DNA of 21,090 nt, from positions 1 to 21,090 of the forward strand of contig CAZPWM010000052.1 in assembly GCA_964590575.1 (NCBI GenBank), written 5' to 3'. Of this stretch, positions 8,303 through 15,649 are shown piece by piece. A program made the position numbers and the translations under genes. This DNA is from an uncultured archaeon. GTDB taxonomy: Archaea > Asgardarchaeota > Thorarchaeia > Thorarchaeales > Thorarchaeaceae. Under the pieces are notes generated by a model. It was given only the letters and a program-made list of their open reading frames with translations. It was not told the origin of the DNA and did not search any database. Position 1 is the first letter of the stretch. Every line of letters begins with the position of its first letter.

Positions 8303-9703
8303 ATGTCAAAAGAATCCTCAATCATTTACAGAACGGTTTCTGATGTTAGTGGTCCGCTACTTGTTGTCGAGAATACACATGATGTGTCGTACAACGAAGT
8401 TGTGAAAATCAGATCCCCTTCTGGTGAGTTACTAACAGGCACCGTTCTGGAAACAGGCAAGGGCCGTGCCGTTATACAAGTTTTCGAGGGAACAAGTGGT
8501 CTTGATGCGTATGTCACTGCAGTACGATTCACTGGTGAAACACTAAAGATACCAGTTTCATCAGAGATTCTCGGGAGAGTTCTCGATGGTGCTGGAAATC
8601 CATTGGATAAAGGACCCCCTTTGACTGCTGAAGACCATTGGGACATTAACGGATTACCAATCAACCCGTATGCACGACAATATCCAAGACAGCCGATTCA
8701 GACTGGTGTATCTGCTATTGATGGACTCAACACCCTTGTCAGAGGACAGAAACTCCCTATCTTTTCAGGCTCTGGTCTTCCTCATAATAGACTTGCCGCA
8801 CAAATTGTCAGACAGGCTAAGATTCCTGGTGAGGAAGGTGACTTTGCTATAGTGTTTGCTGCGATGGGTATAACAGCCACTGAAGCACAATACTTCATGC
8901 AGTCATTCGAAGAAACAGGAGCTCTTGAACACACAACCCTCTTCCTGAATCTGGCTGATGATCCCGCAATTGAGCGTATCATTACCCCTCGCGCAGCACT
9001 CACAGCAGCTGAGTATCTAGCTTATACTGCCGATATGCACGTACTTGTTATCCTTACAGACATGACCAACTATGCTGAGGCACTTCGTGAGATTAGCGCA
9101 GCAAGGTCTGAAGTGCCTGGACGACGAGGCTATCCTGGTTATCTTTACACAGACCTCAGTATGATCTATGAACGAGCTGGCCGTATCAAGGGGCGAAATG
9201 GTACAATCACTCAGATGCCCATTCTATCAATGCCTCAGGATGATATGACCCATCCCATTCCTGACCTTACAGGATACATTACTGAGGGTCAGATTATTGT
9301 TGGAAGAGGATTACACAGACGAGGCATTTACCCACCAATTGATCCTGGTCCATCTCTAAGCAGATTGATGAAAGAAGGAATTGGTGAAGGAATGACACGG
9401 TTTGACCATAAGGAAATAACGGCGCAACTCTACTACGCCTACTCTGAAGGTCGTGACCTTCGAGACCTTGTTGCAGTAGTCGGTTCTGAGGCGCTAACAG
9501 ACAGAGATCAGAAGTATCTGAAGTTTGCTGACCGATTCGAGGCTGAATTCATCAACCAGGGTGAGTTCGAAGATCGCTCTTTTGAGCAGACTCTTGATAT
9601 TGGTTGGAACCTACTCAGTGCCTTCCCAGAACGTGAACTCAAGCGTTGTGATCCTGAAACAATCTCTTGGGCCCGTGATAAGGGCATCTACAAGCCAAGC
9701 TAA
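8303..9703 (+). CDS. atpB: A/V-type ATP synthase subunit B
   Basis: 'GPLLVV', 'QVFEGTSG', '[15 protein letters not shown]', '[14 protein letters not shown]' and '[16 protein letters not shown]'. GGTGA SD-like site upstream of ATG 8303. Confidence 0.98.
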   Translation: MSKESSIIYRTVSDVSGPLLVVENTHDVSYNEVVKIRSPSGELLTGTVLETGKGRAVIQVFEGTSGLDAYVTAVRFTGETLKIPVSSEILGRVLDGAGNPLDKGPPLTAEDHWDINGLPINPYARQYPRQPIQTGVSAIDGLNTLVRGQKLPIFSGSGLPHNRLAAQIVRQAKIPGEEGDFAIVFAAMGITATEAQYFMQSFEETGALEHTTLFLNLADDPAIERIITPRAALTAAEYLAYTADMHVLVILTDMTNYAEALREISAARSEVPGRRGYPGYLYTDLSMIYERAGRIKGRNGTITQMPILSMPQDDMTHPIPDLTGYITEGQIIVGRGLHRRGIYPPIDPGPSLSRLMKEGIGEGMTRFDHKEITAQLYYAYSEGRDLRDLVAVVGSEALTDRDQKYLKFADRFEAEFINQGEFEDRSFEQTLDIGWNLLSAFPERELKRCDPETISWARDKGIYKPS

Positions 9704-9780
9704 TCAATGTCATACGCTCCTCATCTCAGTTCTCGGTGTTTAAGAACAGTGATACTTTCTATTATTTTGAGGAAGTTGTA

Positions 9781-10491
9781 GTGAGGGTTTTAGTCGTAGG
9801 AAGTTGTGGTAAGAGAAAACTCTACAATAGTCCAAAGCAACCGAAATGTCAGGATATCAATTCGAACTCTGGAATTGACAAGTGGGTTCAGCGATTCTCA
9901 AAACATAGCGTTCCAGCTCGTGACATGTACACAGGCCCTCAGAGTTTAGAACTTGTCAAGGCAGTCGACCTACTTAGAACAATCCCTAATGTTGAGGTTC
10001 AGTTAGTCATCATTTCTGCAGGATTCGGGATTAAACAAGAAGATGACTTAATCCCTCCGTACGACTGTAGCTTCACGACAATGAAGATGGCAGAGGTCCG
10101 GAAACGATCCAATGAATTGAAGCTACAGACATCTTTTACCAATCTAACCAACAATGGATTTAATCTCATCTACCTTGCCATAGGAAAACGATACTCAGCT
10201 GCTCTGGGAAAGGATGTTCTATCGATGCTACAGACGCCTACAGTTGCGTTCCATGGACCGGAGTCTGATTACCTGATTAGAATCCCTTGTGCAGCTGAAA
10301 CTGTGAAAGCATTTACAAAATGTGGACATAAGATACATGGGGTTGTGGGGTTCAAGGGAGATCTACTCAGAGTCTTGGCTCAATACGCTCTTGAGAAAAC
10401 TAATCCGGGTACTGAGGTTCAGAAATGGGAAAATACGAATTATCTTAGGAAGTTAGTTTACCGGTTAGGCAGACTAGAGAAATCCAATTGA
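9781..10491 (+). CDS. DUF6884/YaaA-like domain protein
   Basis: 'VVGSCGKRK', 'PARDMYTGPQ' and 'IISAGFGI...IPPYDCSF' match the SC..K / A..LY.G / SA..G / PYD pattern of DUF6884-type proteins. GTG start follows a GAGG site. Confidence 0.65.
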   Translation: MRVLVVGSCGKRKLYNSPKQPKCQDINSNSGIDKWVQRFSKHSVPARDMYTGPQSLELVKAVDLLRTIPNVEVQLVIISAGFGIKQEDDLIPPYDCSFTTMKMAEVRKRSNELKLQTSFTNLTNNGFNLIYLAIGKRYSAALGKDVLSMLQTPTVAFHGPESDYLIRIPCAAETVKAFTKCGHKIHGVVGFKGDLLRVLAQYALEKTNPGTEVQKWENTNYLRKLVYRLGRLEKSN

Positions 10492-10494
10492 TAT

Positions 10495-10944
10495 CTATTT
10501 AGACTTCTTTGGTAATGTTTCACTCCCTTTGTAGGGTCCTTTCTCAAGTTCTTTTGGATCATCCGCCCACTTAACGAGTGTCTTGAAGCCGTTCAGCTTC
10601 ACACTGTTCAGAATTCCTTTCTCAGTCCTAATCTTCTGCTGGGCTTTCCTGATAACAAGAATAACCTCTTGCCTCAATGTTGCAACAGTATAGTTCTCGT
10701 AGTTCTTCCTTTTACGAAAGTGAATAACCCACTTACCCACAAAATCTACAATCTCCCTGGCCGCCTCAATCCGATATCGATTCTTTTCAAGCCATGACTT
10801 TCTAGTACTACTCACATAGTGGATGGGTGCAAACCCTTTGCATGCTAGTTTCCACTTGTGCATATCATAGATTTCTAATCCCTCCAAAACCGCCTCATGA
10901 ACAATCTTCGAAAGTTTCCTACTTAGCTTTACTTTCTTCGTCAA
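10495..10944 (-). CDS. Hypothetical basic (Lys/Arg-rich) protein
   Basis: ORF of about 149 aa filling the gap and convergent with the DUF6884-like gene (3 nt apart). GGAGG lies upstream of TTG 10944. No recognisable motif. Confidence 0.55.
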   Translation of the reverse strand: MTKKVKLSRKLSKIVHEAVLEGLEIYDMHKWKLACKGFAPIHYVSSTRKSWLEKNRYRIEAAREIVDFVGKWVIHFRKRKNYENYTVATLRQEVILVIRKAQQKIRTEKGILNSVKLNGFKTLVKWADDPKELEKGPYKGSETLPKKSK

Positions 10945-11043
10945 ATTCTCCCCTCCTGGCAAGCTGCGGGTTAGACACAGCCCCTAGTGTCCTTTAGTTA
11001 CATTGCTGCTTCTAATAAAGATGTAAAACTGATGAAAGTCTAA

Positions 11044-11056
11044 GCCCCTGTGGGGC
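11044..11056. terminator. GC hairpin just downstream of DUF2095 (possible terminator or structure element)
   Basis: GCCCC-TGT-GGGGC, 9 nt past the DUF2095 stop codon on the minus strand. Confidence 0.3.
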
Positions 11057-11065
11057 GCTCTTTTA

Positions 11066-11410
11066 CTAATCCTCACCAATTCCGTGGTGGAGGTAGTGAT
11101 CCTTTTCCTTCTTTGAGCCAAAGCTTCTAAGACCATCCGCTTTAATCTGGCTTTTTATCTCTCTAGCTTGAGCTGCGTTGATCTCATTTCGTTTCATCAG
11201 ATAATCAACGATTTCAAAAGCCTGTGACACCGTGTCACATCGTCGGATATAGTCAACGACATCCGGTGTGAATGTCTTTGCTTCTCCCTTAGATTCTGTT
11301 TCCTCCGCCATTGTCCGGACACCATCTATCTTGAACGTCTTCGTGGATTTCTCTTCAAGTTCCTTACTGAGATCGGGAAATACCTCCCGGAATTCACCAT
11401 CTTCAGACAT
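11066..11410 (-). CDS. DUF2095 family archaeal protein
   Basis: 'FPDLSKEL', 'PDVVDYIRRCDT...EIVDYL...EI' and 'GLRSFGSKKE..HY'. Confidence 0.85.
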   Translation of the reverse strand: MSEDGEFREVFPDLSKELEEKSTKTFKIDGVRTMAEETESKGEAKTFTPDVVDYIRRCDTVSQAFEIVDYLMKRNEINAAQAREIKSQIKADGLRSFGSKKEKDHYLHHGIGED

Positions 11411-11516
11411 TCGTCGTCACCAGACAACCATGGTCTACATTTACCATAGCATGTCTCAAGAGTAACTTCCGAGAATTGACTTAAGAGCTTTGTCAAGACG
11501 GCGCCTACTTTTTTCT

Positions 11517-13046
11517 TCATCTTTTGCGCAAATAGAACCATGGCAACTCATTTTGGAGTCTTTCTGCATTATTTGCTAATGATAGGAATGGTATTCCCGT
11601 TTCTTTCTCTGCTCGTCGCCATCCTCCATATCCTCCATACATTACTGCACTTTGAATCACTTTACCAAGAGACCGGTCTCCAACTGAGAGTGCTGCCTGT
11701 ATTCTTGCATTTCTAGGATCCAGTGATTCGACTGTAACTTTCGATTCTTCTCTCACCCCTTTCTCAACAAGCTTGAGCCTTCGGCGAAGTTCCTCTAATG
11801 GTGGCTGAGGTTCTCTTTCCCATCGAGTCTGCGCTTTTGGAATGAACGGATTGACGCTAGCAGTAACCTTCAAGCCTGAGGTTTTTGCTAGTTTCACTAT
11901 CATATCAACTGAAGCTTTGATATCATCATCTGTTTCGCCAGGAAGACCAACGATGAAGTAGAGTTTGAGTGAGTTATATCCTGCTCGTACAGCAATTTCT
12001 ACTGCGTTCTCAATATCAGTATCCTTCAACCCTTTTCCAATTGATTTCCGAAGTTCCATTGATCCTGTTTCAGGAGCAATTGTCAGTGTTCGTTGTCCAC
12101 CTTTCACGAGACAGTCCAAGAGCGGTTTACTCACCGAATCAGCACGCAAAGAAGGCACAGAAACTCCAAGCCCTTGGTCAACAGTCCAACACACAAGATC
12201 TTCCAATCTATCAAGGTCTCCTAGAGAAGAACCAATCATGGAAACTTTATTGACCGGTGTGTTTTCAATCCCCCATCTGACAAGGTCCTGTAGTCTTTCA
12301 AGAGTTCTTGTCCTTCTAGGCTGACACACATGACCAATAAGACAGAATCTGCATGAATGACCACATCCTCTTGTCACCTCAAGAAGAAATGATTTACCAA
12401 AAACAGGCTCGTATCGAGACCCCTCAGGGACATCTGGGATGATTTGAGAAACAGGGTAGTTGAGTGAATCAAGGTCAGTGATGATATTACGGTCTATTTT
12501 TGATTTTGGGATGGTCGGAACATAAACACCCTTGAGTTCAGCAAATTGTGACAGGACGTCCTTACGGGAACTTCCTGCTGCTACTGCTTCTACAATCTCA
12601 TGTATGACTAGATCTCCCTCTCCAATCACAAATGAATCTACAAAATCAACGAAGGGTTCAGGATTTGCAGTGATGACGGGACCGCCTACGATAACTATTG
12701 GGTCCTCTTCACTCCTTTCTTCCGCTAGAATTGGTATATCCCCTGAGGAAAGCATCTGAACCAGATTGACGATGTCCTCTTCATATGTTAGAGAAAATCC
12801 AATGATGTGGTTGTCCCTCAATGGTCTCTGACTCTCAACTGAAAGAGTAGGTGATGATGTATCATATCGGAAATATCTCTCACAAGAGGTATCCTCTCTC
12901 GAGTTTAGAATAGCGTAAAAAATATGCAATGCAAGTCCAGTCATTCCTGCTCTGTATGTGGAAGGGTAGCAGTATCCAAATAGAACATCAACCTTGTTGG
13001 AGTCCTTTACTATAGTGTTGAATTCCTTCAGGGTGTTGGGTGACAA
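11517..13046 (-). CDS. Radical SAM protein with N-terminal B12-binding-like domain (COG1032 type)
   Basis: 'EVTRGCGHSCRFC' (CxxxCxxC), 'YPSTYRAGM', 'IVGGP..TANPEP', 'IGEGD', 'SLRAD', 'TIAPETGS', 'LYFIVGLPGET' and 'PFIPKAQT'. Confidence 0.88.
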   Translation of the reverse strand: MSPNTLKEFNTIVKDSNKVDVLFGYCYPSTYRAGMTGLALHIFYAILNSREDTSCERYFRYDTSSPTLSVESQRPLRDNHIIGFSLTYEEDIVNLVQMLSSGDIPILAEERSEEDPIVIVGGPVITANPEPFVDFVDSFVIGEGDLVIHEIVEAVAAGSSRKDVLSQFAELKGVYVPTIPKSKIDRNIITDLDSLNYPVSQIIPDVPEGSRYEPVFGKSFLLEVTRGCGHSCRFCLIGHVCQPRRTRTLERLQDLVRWGIENTPVNKVSMIGSSLGDLDRLEDLVCWTVDQGLGVSVPSLRADSVSKPLLDCLVKGGQRTLTIAPETGSMELRKSIGKGLKDTDIENAVEIAVRAGYNSLKLYFIVGLPGETDDDIKASVDMIVKLAKTSGLKVTASVNPFIPKAQTRWEREPQPPLEELRRRLKLVEKGVREESKVTVESLDPRNARIQAALSVGDRSLGKVIQSAVMYGGYGGWRRAEKETGIPFLSLANNAERLQNELPWFYLRKR

Positions 13047-13058
13047 GACCTCACACCT

Positions 13059-14336
13059 CTATCTATGTTCCACATCCATAGTGGATTGTTCCTGTTTTAC
13101 TATGACGAGCTTGTGGGGTGCTATATCTTGCTCAACGATGACGCCAATACCAGTCTGAGACCCTTGATGAAGTATAACTCCAGGACTTATCGATGTGCCA
13201 ATACCTGTTTTTACATCATCACCTATGATAGCTCCAAGTTTTCGTCTTCCAGAGTTGGTACGTTCACCTTTAATGGTAGCAAAGATGGAATTGTCATCAT
13301 GTCGTAGATTAGCGGTGATTGTTCCAGCACCAAAGTTTGAACGTTGACCAATTATGGAATCACCGACATATGACAGATGCCCAACATTTGTGCCATCCAT
13401 TATGATGGAGTTCTTGATCTCCACAGCATTTCCAATCTTGACGTTCTTTCCTAGTGAGGTAAACGCGCGAATGAAGCAGTTCGGTCCAATAACAGAATCT
13501 CTATCGATAAAAACTGGCCCCTCAATGTAGGCACCACTCTTTATAGTAGTGCCATTTTCGATAACAACATTCCCTTTCACAGTAGCGCCATCTTCAACTG
13601 TGCCTTCTATTCGTCTTTTTGAATTCTCAAGAAGTAGCTTGTTGGCGTCAAGAAGGTCCCAAGGTTTTCCGATATCCAACCACCATGATGGTAATGTGTA
13701 GGCACCAACATTCCCCTTCTTTATCAGCAACGATATTGAGTCTGTAAGTTCATACTCGCCTCTTGGAGATAACTCCGTTTTCTCTATTGCCTCCCACAGA
13801 GGATTACTGACTGCATACACTCCCGCATTGACGAGATTGCTCACCATCTGGTCTGGTCCTGGTTTTTCTATGAGCTCCTTGGCTTTCCCTCTCTGAACCT
13901 TGACAATGCCATATGCCCTCGGGTCCTCGATTGGTTTTACAGAGAGAGTCATATCAAACTCCTTCTTTTCGTGAAGTTCAATCAATCCCTCAAATGTATC
14001 AGGACCGACTAACACATCACCGTTCATCAAAATCGAGGTGCCCTTGCCCACAAACTTCTTTCCATAACTCGCGGCATGAGCAGTTCCTTTCCGTTCCTTC
14101 TGGTTGACAAATGAAACCTTCATCTTCCAAGATCGTGTTTCAACTGCTTCGCGGAGTTTGTCTGCATGATACCCATAGATAATCAGGATTTCTCCAATTC
14201 CCGCTTGTTCAAGTGCTTCCATTGTGTGAAAAATCAAGGGTTTTCCAGCAATAGGAAGTAGATGCTTAGGCTGATTGGCTGATAGCGGCAACATTCTTGT
14301 CGAATCGCCTGCTGCAAGTATAACGGCCTTTTTCAT
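13059..14336 (-). CDS. glmU: Archaeal bifunctional sugar-1-phosphate nucleotidylyltransferase/acetyltransferase (GlmU-type)
   Basis: 'AVILAAGDSTRMLPL...PKHLLPIAGKP', 'IEKP', 'SPRGEYELTD' and 'WLDIGKPWDLL', followed by left-handed beta-helix repeats with 'HLSYVGDS', 'NFGAGTITANLRHD' and 'GRRKLG'. Confidence 0.9.
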   Translation of the reverse strand: MKKAVILAAGDSTRMLPLSANQPKHLLPIAGKPLIFHTMEALEQAGIGEILIIYGYHADKLREAVETRSWKMKVSFVNQKERKGTAHAASYGKKFVGKGTSILMNGDVLVGPDTFEGLIELHEKKEFDMTLSVKPIEDPRAYGIVKVQRGKAKELIEKPGPDQMVSNLVNAGVYAVSNPLWEAIEKTELSPRGEYELTDSISLLIKKGNVGAYTLPSWWLDIGKPWDLLDANKLLLENSKRRIEGTVEDGATVKGNVVIENGTTIKSGAYIEGPVFIDRDSVIGPNCFIRAFTSLGKNVKIGNAVEIKNSIIMDGTNVGHLSYVGDSIIGQRSNFGAGTITANLRHDDNSIFATIKGERTNSGRRKLGAIIGDDVKTGIGTSISPGVILHQGSQTGIGVIVEQDIAPHKLVIVKQEQSTMDVEHR

Positions 14337-14387
14337 CACGGGTCATCTAGTCCATGTTCTTCGGAGTTAAAGACTTTCCCGCAATCT

Positions 14388-14590
14388 AGTCGCGACAACC
14401 CGGGTTTCTGGACATATGATGTTTGTACAAAAAGGCATTTCATAGATATTAACGGCGTTAATTCTCGCGGTCATAGACTGCGACATACTACTCCCAGACT
14501 GCGATAAGTTAATAAGTAACTTTGACAATCAAATAACTAGTTGATTGAGGCAATTTCTATTAGAAAACCTCAACAAATTGACAAATTCCA
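14388..14590. promoter_or_regulatory. Divergent promoter region (glmU / wHTH genes) with multiple candidate operators
   Basis: Palindromes TTTGTACAAA (14422-14431) and ATTAACG-G-CGTTAAT (14448-14462). Direct repeat AGACTGCGA at 14475 and 14496. TATA-like TTAATAA at 14509. Imperfect inverted repeat at 14541-14576. Confidence 0.5.
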
Positions 14591-14854
14591 ATGGGAAGGT
14601 ATTCAAAAATGATGAGTGATCAACAACTCCAAGAAGAGCTCAAAAACATGAAGCTCACCAAAAGTCAAATGATTGTCCTTGATATTCTCAGGAGCAGTGG
14701 TAAAGGTGGCGTTACACCTAAACAGCTCTTGGATAAGGTTTCTTTTGCACCACGAACTGTCAGATATGCCCTTAGAAAACTCCTAAAGAGACGACTAATC
14801 AAGCGCGTTCCTTGTCTGCAGGATATGCGACAATGGATTTACGTGCCTGCATAA
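14591..14854 (+). CDS. Small archaeal winged helix-turn-helix (MarR-like) DNA-binding protein
   Basis: 'LTKSQMIVLDIL...TPKQLLDKVSFAPRTVRYALRKL...DMRQWIY' matches the archaeal RTVRYAL...DxRQxxY wHTH family. Confidence 0.85.
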   Translation: MGRYSKMMSDQQLQEELKNMKLTKSQMIVLDILRSSGKGGVTPKQLLDKVSFAPRTVRYALRKLLKRRLIKRVPCLQDMRQWIYVPA

Positions 14855-14867
14855 GCTGATGAAATTC

Positions 14868-14901
14868 CGACACTAGTAGCCCAGTGGGCTATTAGTCGTC
14901 G
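14868..14901. other. Long inverted repeat or hairpin between the two regulator genes
   Basis: CGAC-ACTAGTAGCCC-AGT-GGGCTATTAGT-C-GTCG, about 15 bp of stem with one G-U pair and one bulge. Confidence 0.6.
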
Positions 14902-14941
14902 AGTAAAACTATGATGTTATTCAATTCTCGAAGCTAAAAAT

Positions 14942-15649
14942 ATGAGTCAAGGTGAGATTCTGATGCAGGGAGCGAAACCAATCGATACAATACGGGTTCT
15001 CACTGGTGAGGACGCAATCGGCGCCTATAAGGTTCTAAGTGATGAGAGTCGTAGACAGATTCTTCATGCCCTAAGGGCGCGACAGATGTCAACTTCAGAA
15101 CTCATTGAGTTTCTCTCAAAGCAGGACCCTGAGAAGGAGATGAAACCTCAGACAGTCAGGTATCACATCAAAGAGCTAGAGAAATGTGGTCTTGTGGAAC
15201 AGGATGGTTACGAACCTGCTGGAAACGGTGACAGCCACATCATGCAGAAACTCTGGAGAGCTACAGCAGAGAATGTCTTCATAGCTACCGGTGATATGGA
15301 TGGTCTTCCAGAGGATGCAGAGTCTGATTTGGATCGGACCCTTGATATTATTGGTACAATGAGAAATCTTGGCTTCGTGCTCAAGGATGAGCAAGAGATG
15401 AAAACAATCGCAGAAGCCATGACAAAACGAGACAAAATCTACTTGAAGGGACTAGAATTTGCCAAGGAAAATCTCCTTGAAATCTGCGAACTTGATCCTA
15501 AATTGTATGTAGTTTTTCGTAGAGTTCTCAGTGTTGTCCGACTTGAAGAGAAGGACTATCACGATTACTGGGAACTCAGCAAGAAAATCACTGATGATCT
15601 GCGTGAAGCATATGAACGTGGGAAAGGGAAGAACCCCCCTGTGTACTAG
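14942..15649 (+). CDS. ArsR/SmtB-type winged-helix transcriptional regulator with C-terminal helical domain
   Basis: 'KVLSDESRRQILHAL...STSEL...QTVRYHIKELEKCGLV' followed by an acidic helical extension of about 130 aa. The stop overlaps the hef stop (CTAG). Confidence 0.82.
   Translation: MSQGEILMQGAKPIDTIRVLTGEDAIGAYKVLSDESRRQILHALRARQMSTSELIEFLSKQDPEKEMKPQTVRYHIKELEKCGLVEQDGYEPAGNGDSHIMQKLWRATAENVFIATGDMDGLPEDAESDLDRTLDIIGTMRNLGFVLKDEQEMKTIAEAMTKRDKIYLKGLEFAKENLLEICELDPKLYVVFRRVLSVVRLEEKDYHDYWELSKKITDDLREAYERGKGKNPPVY

Noticed and set aside
11029-11065. CTGATGA plus hairpin as a hammerhead ribozyme (also at 14856)
   Set aside because: No GAAA follows the candidate stem II, and stems I and III with a cleavage triplet cannot be built at either site.
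14859-14905. SECIS element or selenoprotein recoding
   Set aside because: The hairpin lacks the ATGA/GA quartet geometry with apical AA, and I saw no in-frame TGA at a conserved Cys position in neighbouring genes.
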